From sequence record LR588166.1: a stretch of 64,000 nucleotides of DNA. One strand, written 5' to 3'. Shown here one piece after another: positions 28,621 to 39,202 of the stretch (position 1 is the stretch's first letter; every line of letters begins with the position of its first letter). Under the pieces are notes generated by a model. The model made no database searches. It was given only the letters and a program-made list of their open reading frames with translations, and was not told the DNA's origin. The position numbers were made by a program, and so were the translations under genes.

Positions 28621-30237
28621 ATGTCTATTGTATGTAAAATTTGTAATAAATCATTTCCTAGTATGATTACAAGTACACATCTAAAAACACATAACATCAC
28701 TACTGCAGAATACAAAGATCTTTATGGAAAATATTCTCTTGTATCAGATGAATATAGATCAAAGCGGTCAGAACAGTCATCTGGCATTAATAATCCTAAT
28801 TATGGAAATAAATGGTCAGACAGCATGAAAGAATCTATGTCTAATAAAAAATCCGGAATTATTCCATGGAATAAAGGCATAGAGTTACATGATACTACTA
28901 TGTACGTGAAATCTGCAGAACAGAGAGAACTAAAGTACAAAGAAGGAATACTAACTAGGAAATCATATGTTAGAACTGTAGAAATAAATAAAAAAATTTC
29001 TGATAGTGTGAAGAAGTATGCTGCAGAAAATAAAGAAGAAATAAAACAGAGAAGTGCCAAAGCAAAAGATACATATAGTACAAAGAAAACGTTAGGGTTA
29101 GTGCAAATACGAAAAGGATATAAGTTAACCAAATCACACAAAGAAATAGCTATACAAACATTAAACAATTATAGGGCTTCTAAAATAGCTGAATCTAATA
29201 AACAAATAGAAAGTAATATATCTCTTGCAAATCTAACATTATTAAATGACATAAATGAAAACAGCTTAGTGTTAAGGTGTAATATATGTAATAATGAATG
29301 TTCTTTTACAAAACAATATTTTAGAGCTAGTAAATTTAAAATAGAATTATGTCCTGTATGTTATCCTAGAAATAGTAATAGATCTGAAAAAGAAAAAGAA
29401 TTAGAATATTTTATAACAAGTTTAGGTATTTCGTGTATAAATTCTGCACGTATAAACAATAAAGAAATAGATATATTTTGTAAAGAATTAAATATTGGAT
29501 TTGAATTTAACGGATTATACTGGCATAGTGAGGATGTTTTAGAGTATTCTGGGTATAGTAAAACAAAAGATTACGAAAAGAAAATATTTTTTAGAGATAA
29601 AGGAATTAGATTAATTCAAATATTTGAAGATGAGTGGGACTTAAAGCAGGATATAGTAAAGAGTAGAATAAGAGCTATATTAGGAAAAACAGAACACAAA
29701 ATATATGCAAGGAAATGTACTGTTAAAGAAATAAATTCTAAAGTTGCAAATGATTTTGTAGAAAAAACACATTTACAAGGTAAAGGTAGAGCAAATGTAA
29801 GATTAGGGTTGTATTATAACAATGAACTAGTTTCTGTAATGACATTTTTAAATAAAGATATTACTAATAAAACATCGAGTTGTCAAATAAATCGTTTTAG
29901 TGTAAAACATAATACATCTATCCCGGGCGCCGCCGGAAAATTATTTGCTTACTATATAAATAACTATAATCCATCTAGTGTTATTTCGTATGCAGATTCT
30001 CGCTGGTCTGACGGTAATTTATATGAACAGCTAGGATTTAAATTAGATAAACAGACACTCCCTAATTACTGGTATATAAAAGATAATGATCTTAAAAGAT
30101 ATCATAGATACAATTTTAGAAAAGATAAGTTGCCCGAAACTTTACTAACAGAAAAAGAATATATGGATAGTTTAGGATGGAATAGAATATGGGATTCGGG
30201 ATCTACTAAATGGGTTTGGACAAATAAAGGGGCATAA
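28621..30237 (+). CDS. Free-standing homing-endonuclease-like protein: C2H2 zinc finger, NUMOD3-like motif, Vsr/DUF559-like nuclease and GNAT/Mom-like C-terminal domain
   Basis: CKIC...THLKTH; NPNYG.KW; EIDIFCKEL.IGFEFNGLYWHS; RLIQIFEDEW; VISYADSRWSDGNLY.QLGF. Confidence 0.75.
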   Translation: MSIVCKICNKSFPSMITSTHLKTHNITTAEYKDLYGKYSLVSDEYRSKRSEQSSGINNPNYGNKWSDSMKESMSNKKSGIIPWNKGIELHDTTMYVKSAEQRELKYKEGILTRKSYVRTVEINKKISDSVKKYAAENKEEIKQRSAKAKDTYSTKKTLGLVQIRKGYKLTKSHKEIAIQTLNNYRASKIAESNKQIESNISLANLTLLNDINENSLVLRCNICNNECSFTKQYFRASKFKIELCPVCYPRNSNRSEKEKELEYFITSLGISCINSARINNKEIDIFCKELNIGFEFNGLYWHSEDVLEYSGYSKTKDYEKKIFFRDKGIRLIQIFEDEWDLKQDIVKSRIRAILGKTEHKIYARKCTVKEINSKVANDFVEKTHLQGKGRANVRLGLYYNNELVSVMTFLNKDITNKTSSCQINRFSVKHNTSIPGAAGKLFAYYINNYNPSSVISYADSRWSDGNLYEQLGFKLDKQTLPNYWYIKDNDLKRYHRYNFRKDKLPETLLTEKEYMDSLGWNRIWDSGSTKWVWTNKGA

Positions 30238-30250
30238 TGCCCCTTTATTT
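30222..30250 (+). terminator. Intrinsic terminator
   Basis: AAATAAAGGGGCA-TAA-TGCCCCTTTATTT. Confidence 0.8.
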
Positions 30251-30325
30251 GTATCCTATAATGAAAAATTGTTAGTTACTGATAAATATGTTTATCGTAA
30301 TAACGAGACATTAATAGGAGAATGT

Positions 30326-30946
30326 ATGGCAACATTAGACAAATTTGGGGTACCAAGTTCGGCAGGTTCAGAACGCGGTATTTTACAACCCAAGCTCCAG
30401 TACAAGTTTCGCGTGAGTTTTGATGGTTTTGGCGATGGATCTAATTCTCGCCAGTTAACCCAGAGCGTAGTTTCTGTCGAAAGACCGAAAATAAACCATG
30501 CGTCGACTGCTGTTCATTCGTATAACTCTGTAGCATATGCTATGGGGAAACACGAATGGCAAACTATCGAAATTGTATTGCGTGACGATATTCAAAACTC
30601 AGTTGTTAATGTAGTTGGTAAACAATTGCAGAAACAAATGAACCATTTTGAACAATCTAGCCCAGTAGCTGGTAGAAACTATAAATTTACTATGAGAATA
30701 GAATCTCTAGACGGAAACAACAATACTGCACCATTAGAATACTGGGATGCAGAAGGTTGTTTTTTACTTGATGTAAACTATGGTTCTCGTGCATATGATA
30801 GCTCTGAGCTTACCTTAATAACCCTTACTGTTCGTGCAGATAACTATACTCATCATGCAGGCGGCAACGAAGTTGCACTCGGTGGCGATCCGTTTACTGA
30901 CGACGACGCCGGATTACGCGGTGCACCTGGTGCTCGTGTAAACTAA
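30326..30946 (+). CDS. gp19: Tail tube protein
   Basis: PKLQYKFRV.F; RPKI; GK..WQTI.I.LRDD; W...GCF...V.YG; GGAG RBS and ATAAATA upstream; follows the sheath gene. Confidence 0.85.
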   Translation: MATLDKFGVPSSAGSERGILQPKLQYKFRVSFDGFGDGSNSRQLTQSVVSVERPKINHASTAVHSYNSVAYAMGKHEWQTIEIVLRDDIQNSVVNVVGKQLQKQMNHFEQSSPVAGRNYKFTMRIESLDGNNNTAPLEYWDAEGCFLLDVNYGSRAYDSSELTLITLTVRADNYTHHAGGNEVALGGDPFTDDDAGLRGAPGARVN

Positions 30947-31005
30947 TAAGAAATCTGCAAGCTATTTTACTTAGCTTGCAGTTATTCTTTTTATTGGATT
31001 TATAT

Positions 31006-32484
31006 ATGGCATTTGATGATATATTCGGTACAATAGCCGGCGCTGCCGGTGATATATTTGGGGCAACAGTGGGAGAAGCAGGAAATATTTTGTCTTCTGT
31101 TGCTACCCGGTCTGCTAAGAAATTTTTAGGCGGTTTAATTGGCGACGGGCATGGCGCATATCTAAGAGATAGTAGACATGCAACATATAATTTTGGTCTT
31201 AGGGGTTCGTATATACAACAGAACTATCCTAGGTCTAAGTTTCAATATCTTGTAAAAATAAACTATAATACTATAGATCCAGTAAAATCGTTTGTTGATA
31301 CTTATTTAAATAGAGATGAACAAGATATGATAGTTCCTCTAATAAAACGTATCGATATGCCATCTATGCAAATAGATACAGAAAAATTAAATCAATATAA
31401 TAAATGGCGTATTTCTCAAACAAAGATAAAATTCCAGCCTATTACAATGGTGTTACACGATGTAGTAGATGGAAAAACATTACGTTTTTGGGAAATGTAT
31501 TATGAATATTATTTTAATGACGGTGTTTACGCCAAGAAAACATCAGATTCTATAAGTAATTTTGATCCCATTAGAAATACATTAAGAAGGGGCGAGTTAA
31601 ACGTATCTGAGTTTTATAATGATATTATCTCTAAAGAAGGTGTTTTTAAACGAGATTTTGGATTTAGGTTAGATACTCAAGTGTTTAATACAACTTCATT
31701 TATAGGAAAATATAGTAGATATTTGTTTGACTCTATTGATATATATCAGGTTCACGGACAATCATATTCTAGAGCAAGATTAGTAAATCCCAGAATAACA
31801 GATTTTAGACATGATGCATTAGCATATGACAATTCTAGCGATTTAATGGAATTAACATTTACATTTGAATACGAAGATGTAGTGTATGATAACTTTGTTA
31901 GGCCATTGGCTGAAACTGAACTTGAATTTTATGATAATGCTAATAATTTAGAATTAGATTATCAACCTGCCCGTCCGCCAGTTAGTGTTAGGGTAAGAAA
32001 CGACAGTACTGAGGGTGGTTTCGGCAGATCTTCGTCTGGATTAGGTAATGTATTGGGTGATATTACGGGGGATATATTCGGCGGAATTCGGTCTGGTGTA
32101 TCTACAGTTTTAGATGCAACAGGTGTAAATGGTGTGTTAGATAATATAGGAGTAGGCGCAGTATTAGGAAGTGCTGCTAATAGCGTATTAGGAAATATCG
32201 AGCGAAATGTAACAGACTATGTTACTACTTTTCCTGAAAATGCAGCAAGGGCAGTAGGTGAAAGTATATTTACAGGAGAAGTAGAATTCCCGGTAGATCC
32301 GAAAGGTTCTATGAGAAAAATATTAGATCAAGCAAAATCAGAAACTACTGGAACTATACGAAGAACATTTGAAACTAGTGTAAATACTGCTATAACTGGT
32401 GTTTTAAATGGCGCAGGAAAAATTATAGATAATCCTAGGGGATCTAGAAATACAAACGTATCTAACAGGAGTGTTGGATTATAA
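31006..32484 (+). CDS. Tube-fold baseplate hub / tail-tube initiator-like protein with Gly-rich segments
   Basis: PR.KFQYLV; IDMPS..I.TE.LNQYN..RI.QTKI.FQPI...LHD; L.NP.I..F.HD.L.Y....MELT.TF.YE. Confidence 0.6.
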   Translation: MAFDDIFGTIAGAAGDIFGATVGEAGNILSSVATRSAKKFLGGLIGDGHGAYLRDSRHATYNFGLRGSYIQQNYPRSKFQYLVKINYNTIDPVKSFVDTYLNRDEQDMIVPLIKRIDMPSMQIDTEKLNQYNKWRISQTKIKFQPITMVLHDVVDGKTLRFWEMYYEYYFNDGVYAKKTSDSISNFDPIRNTLRRGELNVSEFYNDIISKEGVFKRDFGFRLDTQVFNTTSFIGKYSRYLFDSIDIYQVHGQSYSRARLVNPRITDFRHDALAYDNSSDLMELTFTFEYEDVVYDNFVRPLAETELEFYDNANNLELDYQPARPPVSVRVRNDSTEGGFGRSSSGLGNVLGDITGDIFGGIRSGVSTVLDATGVNGVLDNIGVGAVLGSAANSVLGNIERNVTDYVTTFPENAARAVGESIFTGEVEFPVDPKGSMRKILDQAKSETTGTIRRTFETSVNTAITGVLNGAGKIIDNPRGSRNTNVSNRSVGL

Positions 32485-32939
32485 TGGCACTTGATAGATT
32501 TAGTATAGACATGTTGAAGCGTAGAGGAGCTTCTAAGAAAGTAATACAAACGGGTTCGTCTTTAGTTAACACATTTGAAAATGGATCTGGCTTTGATAAT
32601 GCTTTGGATGCTACTAGTCTTATTCTAGACAATTATGGAAATTCTTCAGTTGGCGCCGTTAATTCGAATATGTTTTTTGCTCTACGATCATTCTTTGTAA
32701 GTAAACATACTTCTTTACCTAACGCAGAAACCCTAGCATTGATGATGTTAGATGCAGCTAAGCTACTAAATAAACCACCGATGACATTAGCAGAAGAAGT
32801 GGCAAGTACGGGACAATTAATGTTAGGAAATGACACATATACTGTATTAAATTTTTTAAGACCCGCCGGAGAAAAGCAAAATCTATTAATAATAAACGAT
32901 AATTCTGGGAAATTCAGAGGAAGGAATGTAAAGTTATAA
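32484..32939 (+). CDS. Hypothetical (probably structural) protein
   Basis: Translationally coupled within the late operon. Confidence 0.55.
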   Translation: MALDRFSIDMLKRRGASKKVIQTGSSLVNTFENGSGFDNALDATSLILDNYGNSSVGAVNSNMFFALRSFFVSKHTSLPNAETLALMMLDAAKLLNKPPMTLAEEVASTGQLMLGNDTYTVLNFLRPAGEKQNLLIINDNSGKFRGRNVKL

Positions 32940-33367
32940 TGGGTAGTTACAAGCAAGGAACATATATTCCAAAGAATCCTGGAAAATATATAGGAAAAAA
33001 ATTACCATACTATAGATCTGCATGGGAATATAAATTTATGCAGACAGTTGACGAAAATATGGCGGTAATTGAATGGGCCAGCGAACCCATTTCTATTCCT
33101 TATTTTAATCCAGTTACAAACAAACAATCGTTATATGTGCCAGATTTTTTAATGGTATACGTTGATAGTAAGGGCAACAAACACACCGAAATAGTCGAAA
33201 TAAAACCGAGAAAAGAAACATTTTTAGAACATGCTAAAACTAAACAAGATAAATATCGGTTAGCAATGAATGCAGCAAAATGGCAAGCGGCCGCCAAGTT
33301 TTGCTCTGCACGGGGTATAAGATTTAGAGTAATTAACGAAGACCATATTTATAGGAATCCTAAATAA
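32939..33367 (+). CDS. gp4: Head completion nuclease (T4 gp4-like)
   Basis: Y.PKNP.KY.G....YRSAWE..FM...D.N..VI.WASE...IPY; Y.PDF; EIKP; N.AKW.AA..FC...G..F.VI.E. Confidence 0.9.
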   Translation: MGSYKQGTYIPKNPGKYIGKKLPYYRSAWEYKFMQTVDENMAVIEWASEPISIPYFNPVTNKQSLYVPDFLMVYVDSKGNKHTEIVEIKPRKETFLEHAKTKQDKYRLAMNAAKWQAAAKFCSARGIRFRVINEDHIYRNPK

Positions 33368-33368
33368 C

Positions 33369-33875
33369 ATGACTAAAAGATTAGAAGAAGTATTTGATTT
33401 TGCTTCGTTTGACGAAGAAGCGCCAGCAGAAATTATAGAAACTGCTAACGAAGAGGATGTTTCTGGCCAAATAGTAGACATAAATTCTCAATCGGATAAA
33501 ATTGATGCAGCATTAGTTGGTGTAACTCATTTGGATAGTCATGACAGAGATATGGATGAAATTGCAAAAACTGCAATGGATGCATACCGCGATTTGTGGG
33601 ATATAAGTCAAAACATACATGATGCCCAAGTAGGTAAAGTGTTAGAAGTGGCACATAATATGCTTAAAACTGCCCAGGACGCCAAGGAAGCAAAAAATTA
33701 TAGAAAATTAAAAATGGTAGAGTTACAAATTAAAAAAGCAAGATTGGATTGGGAAATGACTCATAAAAAAACGTCCACCGATGCCCCTGCCGGATCTAAT
33801 GGTGTATATTTTGATAGAAATGAGCTAATAGGTCTTCTTTTAAATAAAGATAATGATAACTCTGCAGATAAATAA
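33369..33875 (+). CDS. Hypothetical protein, possibly terminase small subunit
   Basis: Helical protein with acidic N-terminus and C-terminal DRNEL motif, near gp4 and the terminase; function not demonstrated. Confidence 0.4.
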   Translation: MTKRLEEVFDFASFDEEAPAEIIETANEEDVSGQIVDINSQSDKIDAALVGVTHLDSHDRDMDEIAKTAMDAYRDLWDISQNIHDAQVGKVLEVAHNMLKTAQDAKEAKNYRKLKMVELQIKKARLDWEMTHKKTSTDAPAGSNGVYFDRNELIGLLLNKDNDNSADK

Positions 33876-33899
33876 AATAAACTATAAAGGAAGATATAA

Positions 33900-34502
33900 A
33901 TGAAATCTTTCAGAGATTATTACGATGCGTCAAAACGCAAATATTCGTTTGTAATTAAAATAGCTACAGACGAAATAAATTCTGAACAAAAATCTGTATT
34001 AGAATCTAGTTTAGTAAAATATGATATACTTTCGTTTTCTAATTTTAAAGAAACTCCTTATCAATTAAATCCGTTAGATTTTCCTAATATACCTTGTTCT
34101 AAAGTATTCATAGCAGAAATAGAGATGGTATATCCAGCTACACCGGATTTATTAAGAAATTATATATCTAAAGCACTCTGTATAAAAGAAAGCAATGTTC
34201 TGGTATTTACTTCTGAAGATCCTAGATTAGAAGACGCAAAAGAATTCGTGTACAGACAAAGTAAAGAATATAAAGATAATTATAAACCAGTATTAGGTTC
34301 GGAAGAAATATGGAAAACTGAAGCACCATATGGCGACGAATCAGTTAAAGAAGCACTAGCGGCAGCTCCTGCAAAAGAAGATAGTTATGTAACTAACAAT
34401 CTAATTCCGGCGCAAAAACTAGATAAAATAAACAATAAAGAAGTTGTAGTTCCTAATAACAATGCTGTTATAGGTACTAATGATTATAGAAATAAAAGAT
34501 AA
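33900..34502 (+). CDS. Hypothetical late protein
   Basis: ATAAATA and GGAAG upstream; MKSFRDY N-terminus. Confidence 0.6.
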   Translation: MKSFRDYYDASKRKYSFVIKIATDEINSEQKSVLESSLVKYDILSFSNFKETPYQLNPLDFPNIPCSKVFIAEIEMVYPATPDLLRNYISKALCIKESNVLVFTSEDPRLEDAKEFVYRQSKEYKDNYKPVLGSEEIWKTEAPYGDESVKEALAAAPAKEDSYVTNNLIPAQKLDKINNKEVVVPNNNAVIGTNDYRNKR

Positions 34503-34531
34503 AGGGCCCAGGGTCCTAGATAGGAGAAATC

Positions 34532-36028
34532 ATGTTTAATATTAATGACATTCTGCGTCTAGCAGGAGTTCAGGCAGTTAGAGAATCAGAAATATGCGAT
34601 GATAAAGACTGCACTGATGCCGAATGCCCTGTGCATGGCAAAGACAAAGTAGAAGAAACTGCATCTGCAGGAGCATCATCAGCAGGCGGAATAGCTTCTG
34701 TTGCAAAACCATTTACCGAAGATGACGACGATAATTATGATTGGTTGGCAGCCCAACAACGTCGTTCTCGCCAATATCGCCCAGGCGAATTTGAATTCGA
34801 TGAGGCTAGTAAATTAGATGAAGAAAAGGATGAAGATGGAAATAGAATTTTCCACACATTTAAATCTTGGGTCCGCGCATGTAAAGCATTAAAACCCGGT
34901 GTTAGATTCGAGGGTGACGAAGACATATGCCAGGCATTCGGCTGCGGCGAATGGGATGGAGAAACCGGATATATTTCTAAAGATGCTCCGTATCCTACTA
35001 AATGGGATAATTCAGTTAATGAAGATTCTGCGTTTGATGAATTAGCAGGAACTGCAGATGATTATTCTGATGATATTTCGTTTGGCATAGATGATAACGA
35101 TGACGTTACACATTACAGAAATAACTTTGAAGTAACTGATGTCGATGATATGATACAAGATATACTTGCATATAGTGATATATATAGGGATCAGGCAAAA
35201 CTAGAAACTTTACCATATGCAGTTATAAAGCGAATTCACGATAAAGTTATGGGTGAAACATTTGAATCTACTTTAGATGAAATATCTAAATTAGCTGGAA
35301 TATCTAATGTAGAAGAAAGTGTGCATGATATGGATATTCCTAAGACCGGATATGCATTTAATGATCCTAAAAAAGACCCTACATTAGATGATGATTACAA
35401 AGCTGTTTCTTTAGAAGAATTAGAGAATGCATATAGAATTCTTAAAAACGCAGGCCTTAATGTATCTGCAGAAGAAATAAAAACAGTAATAGATAGAAGA
35501 AAAAATGTGTCAGAGGCATCGCCTAATTTAGATAAAGCAGCTAGTGATTATACTTTAAAAAATTTCGGTGACTTCGATAATGACGATGAAGACGACGAAG
35601 ATCTAAATGATTTAGAAAATTCGGAAGATTTTGAAGATATACCTGTAGATTTTGATATAGATCTTGGACCCGGAACAGTCGGAAGCGAAGTTGCTAATTC
35701 AGTAGATGATGTTGCAGAAATTATAGCAGATATATTGATGACTAGTAACAAGTATAATAGCGAGCAAGAATTAGTCAATATGCCAGTTCAGAGACTTCGT
35801 GCTATACATAAATCATTAATGGACGAAGGTGCGGTCACTTCAATAAATACTAATACAGTAGATGCTAACGACTATTTCCCTAACGGATATGATGGAAATG
35901 TAGTAGGCGCAGCTGGACCGTCTAGTGCAAAATCTGGCGATAATGCTTTACAAAAAGCATTTGCATCCGAGAGTATAGATGATATAAGAGCGTCGTTGCA
36001 TGAAGCCCTTAATAAATTTAAAGGTTAA
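34532..36028 (+). CDS. Highly acidic putative head internal/scaffold-type protein with internal repeats
   Basis: D/E-rich; ILRLAG and SKLAGI motifs; two copies of an approximately 40-aa module. Confidence 0.6.
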   Translation: MFNINDILRLAGVQAVRESEICDDKDCTDAECPVHGKDKVEETASAGASSAGGIASVAKPFTEDDDDNYDWLAAQQRRSRQYRPGEFEFDEASKLDEEKDEDGNRIFHTFKSWVRACKALKPGVRFEGDEDICQAFGCGEWDGETGYISKDAPYPTKWDNSVNEDSAFDELAGTADDYSDDISFGIDDNDDVTHYRNNFEVTDVDDMIQDILAYSDIYRDQAKLETLPYAVIKRIHDKVMGETFESTLDEISKLAGISNVEESVHDMDIPKTGYAFNDPKKDPTLDDDYKAVSLEELENAYRILKNAGLNVSAEEIKTVIDRRKNVSEASPNLDKAASDYTLKNFGDFDNDDEDDEDLNDLENSEDFEDIPVDFDIDLGPGTVGSEVANSVDDVAEIIADILMTSNKYNSEQELVNMPVQRLRAIHKSLMDEGAVTSINTNTVDANDYFPNGYDGNVVGAAGPSSAKSGDNALQKAFASESIDDIRASLHEALNKFKG

Positions 36029-36083
36029 TATTATGTTAAGGAAATAAAAGGGTGTTATGCACCCTTTTATTTTTTATTTAGAT

Positions 36084-37652
36084 ATGGCAGCAGAAGATTA
36101 TTTAATTAAAAAGGCTTTTAAAAAGGTCTTATACACAGACAAACAGATAGAAGAACTAAAAAAATGCATGGATCCTATAAATGGTCCTATGTATTTTATG
36201 ACAAATTTTGTCTACATTCAGCATCCTACAAAAGGTCGTCTGTTATTTAAACCGTTTCCATACCAAGTAGGTTTATTAGAAGCGTTTCACAATTATAGAT
36301 ATTCTATAGCTATGCTAGGAAGGCAGCTAGGTAAATCTACTGTAGCTGGATCTTATTTACTATGGTACGCAATGTTCGTACCTGATAGTTTTATTTTAGT
36401 TGCATCGAAAACAGGAGGCGACGCCAAAGAGATTATGGGTCGAATTCGGTTTGCATATGAAAGTTTGCCAGATCATATTAGGGCAGGTGCAATTACTTAT
36501 AATAAACATAGTATAGAATTTGATAACGGATCTAAGATTAAATCAACTACTACTACCGAAAATACAGGTAGGGGAATGTCCATTTCGCTAGTATATTTAG
36601 ATGAAATGGCATTCGTGCCGTACAATGTGGCTATAGAAATGTGGACTTCTCTATCACCCACATTATCCACTGGCGGTAAATGTATAATAACTTCTACGCC
36701 TAATACCGACGAGGATTTGTTTGCCGATATATGGCATAATGCAAACAAATTAACTGACGAATACGGAAATGAACGAAAAATAGGTGCTAATGGATTTAAG
36801 CCGTTTAAAGCTACTTGGAAAGATCATCCTGACAGAGATGAAAATTGGGCAACAATAGAGCGTGAAAAGATAGGGGAAGAAAGATTTCGTAGAGAACACG
36901 AAGTGGAGTTTATTTCTTTTGAAGAAACTCTTATAAATTCTATAAAATTAAATCAACTAGAATCTAAAACTCCTATAAGAAAAACAGGCCAAGTCCGTTG
37001 GTATGAAGAAATAAAGCCGACAAATACATATGTTGTTGGATTAGATCCATCTATGGGAGCAGGCGGCGACAATGCTGCAATACAAGTGTTAGAATTACCT
37101 ACAATGAAACAAGTAGCTGAGTGGCAGCACAACAGAACACCAGTTGAGGGTCAAGTTAGGTTGTTAAATGAAATACTTACAGAAATACAAAACGCAGGTG
37201 TAGTAGAATTATATTGGTCGCTGGAATCTAATAATTTAGGAGAAGCTGCATTAGTGGTAATACGTGATACAGGAGAAGAATATTTTCCTGGAACATTTTT
37301 GCATGATCCTGTAAAACAAGCAGGGGCGAATAGTCGTAAAAGACAAGGTTTTCTTACTACTAATCGGACAAAAATAGAAGCATGTTCTAGATTGAAATCC
37401 TTAATAGAAAATAATAAAATAAAAATATCATCTTCTGCATTGATTAGTGAATTAAAGAATTATGTACACAGAGGAGCCACGTTTGAAGCTCGTCCAGGAA
37501 CTACAGACGATTTGGTGTCTGCACTTATATTAACACTAAGGATGACTCAGTTTATTGCATTATGGGATGATAATACAAATGGTGCAATCAGTGCAAGTAT
37601 AGAAGTCGTCGATGAGGATGACGATAGTATGCCCATGCCTTTCTTATTTTAA
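36084..37652 (+). CDS. gp17: Terminase large subunit
   Basis: RQLGKST (Walker A); LVYLDEMAF (Walker B); ITSTPN; GLDPSMG.GGD; DDLV nuclease motifs. Confidence 0.95.
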   Translation: MAAEDYLIKKAFKKVLYTDKQIEELKKCMDPINGPMYFMTNFVYIQHPTKGRLLFKPFPYQVGLLEAFHNYRYSIAMLGRQLGKSTVAGSYLLWYAMFVPDSFILVASKTGGDAKEIMGRIRFAYESLPDHIRAGAITYNKHSIEFDNGSKIKSTTTTENTGRGMSISLVYLDEMAFVPYNVAIEMWTSLSPTLSTGGKCIITSTPNTDEDLFADIWHNANKLTDEYGNERKIGANGFKPFKATWKDHPDRDENWATIEREKIGEERFRREHEVEFISFEETLINSIKLNQLESKTPIRKTGQVRWYEEIKPTNTYVVGLDPSMGAGGDNAAIQVLELPTMKQVAEWQHNRTPVEGQVRLLNEILTEIQNAGVVELYWSLESNNLGEAALVVIRDTGEEYFPGTFLHDPVKQAGANSRKRQGFLTTNRTKIEACSRLKSLIENNKIKISSSALISELKNYVHRGATFEARPGTTDDLVSALILTLRMTQFIALWDDNTNGAISASIEVVDEDDDSMPMPFLF

Positions 37653-37683
37653 ACTAAATATAGTTAAATTGGATTTAGATTTA

Positions 37684-39174
37684 ATGAAACTATTTGAAGT
37701 GTTTACTTTATATGAAGATAAAGCAGAACTGATTGTGAAAAATCAAGGACCCAAACTCCTTACTGCTGCTAAAAATTATGGATCGAATATTCGTACGGCT
37801 GAAGAAATAATGAATGTTCTTAAGAGTGCAGATCCTACATCTAATCAGACATATTTGCAATGGATTACTAATAGATTTATTGCAGGTGAATTTAGATTAG
37901 AAGATACTAATAGAATAAGGGCAGAGCTTATATCATTCGAAAGATATAAACGTGTTTTACCGAAAAAAGATATAAATCAGTATAAAACACTAGGAGAATT
38001 GTATGCAGTAATTGACCCATTAAATGACGCAGCACCAGGCAACGATCTGATTGGTGTATCTAATAAACAAGTTAAAAAGCATGCATATAATGCCAAACGC
38101 CAAGAATTAATTTCGTCTGGTCAAGCAGATGTAATTTATAAAGGCCAAGAAGGAATGCTAGTTAATCCCAAAACAGAAGATGCAGCAATATTCTTTGGTC
38201 AAGGAACTAGGTGGTGTACCGCAGCAACTAGTAGTGATAATATGTTTAGTCACTACCATAGTCAGGGACCGTTATATACTTGGTTAGGTTCTGATGGATT
38301 CAAAGCACAATTCCATTTAGAAACTAATCAATGGATGGATTCAAAAGACGAGCCTTTAGACGACGCTCAAATGTCTAAGCTATTGTTAATTCCTATAATT
38401 AAAAAATTGTACGACGACGGTATAATTAAATCTGAGAAATCACTTCTCGGCGACCGCGGCGGCTTCGATGACGAATATGATAATAGACTATCGGATGACT
38501 ATTATTTCGACATGTGGGCTGATCGAAAATACCGTATCAAACAACATATCGAGAAACACGGCATGTCTGAGAATTTAATAGATACACTTTCTGTTAAAGA
38601 TCCTTTATTACCGTTGTTTGTTTTGCCAGAATACTCAAAATACCCTGCGTCGAAATCACTCGATGATTATTTTTTAAAATTATCCAAAATAGAACCGCTC
38701 GACCAATATAAAGAGATAAATGGGTATTTTGAAAGTGATATGTTACTTCGATTAACTAGATACCTTGAAGATTCTACAGGGTCTCATTCTAAATCTTTAG
38801 ATGATGCTGGATTTAATTTTGTTCGTCGATTACTGGACATAGGCGGAAAGGATTTTGATTTAATAATATCGAACTATCTAAAACATGTAGCTGAGAATTC
38901 TAAAACAAAACAATACCTTCTGTCTAATCTTCCGTTAGCTGTTGAGATTGCTAATTCGATCGAATGGCCAGAACTTATGACAGCAATTGAGCATGAGCTT
39001 AGCAATGCTAAAACACCAAAAGAAGAGAACGATGCAATAAAACTAGGCAGTGATTTAATGTTTAAATCTAATAGCCTGCCTGTATCTAAATGGTTTATTA
39101 ATTTACTTAAAACTACAGATGCAGGTAAACGATACTTATCATCATTACCTGAGTATGACAACACAAAACAATAA
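37684..39174 (+). CDS. Hypothetical protein, probably virion-associated
   Basis: ADPT.N..YL.WI; LP.KDINQYK; GTRWCTA; CTAAATA late-type motif upstream. Confidence 0.6.
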   Translation: MKLFEVFTLYEDKAELIVKNQGPKLLTAAKNYGSNIRTAEEIMNVLKSADPTSNQTYLQWITNRFIAGEFRLEDTNRIRAELISFERYKRVLPKKDINQYKTLGELYAVIDPLNDAAPGNDLIGVSNKQVKKHAYNAKRQELISSGQADVIYKGQEGMLVNPKTEDAAIFFGQGTRWCTAATSSDNMFSHYHSQGPLYTWLGSDGFKAQFHLETNQWMDSKDEPLDDAQMSKLLLIPIIKKLYDDGIIKSEKSLLGDRGGFDDEYDNRLSDDYYFDMWADRKYRIKQHIEKHGMSENLIDTLSVKDPLLPLFVLPEYSKYPASKSLDDYFLKLSKIEPLDQYKEINGYFESDMLLRLTRYLEDSTGSHSKSLDDAGFNFVRRLLDIGGKDFDLIISNYLKHVAENSKTKQYLLSNLPLAVEIANSIEWPELMTAIEHELSNAKTPKEENDAIKLGSDLMFKSNSLPVSKWFINLLKTTDAGKRYLSSLPEYDNTKQ

Positions 39175-39202
39175 ATACAATTAAAGTTTTGAGGTAAGAA
39201 TT

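Noticed and set aside
33369-33875. Firm call as terminase small subunit
   Set aside because: Position is suggestive but no diagnostic motif was recognised; kept at low confidence.
35578-35660. GAY/GAA-rich low-complexity tract
   Set aside because: It simply encodes the acidic D/E stretch of the head protein; not an independent repeat element.
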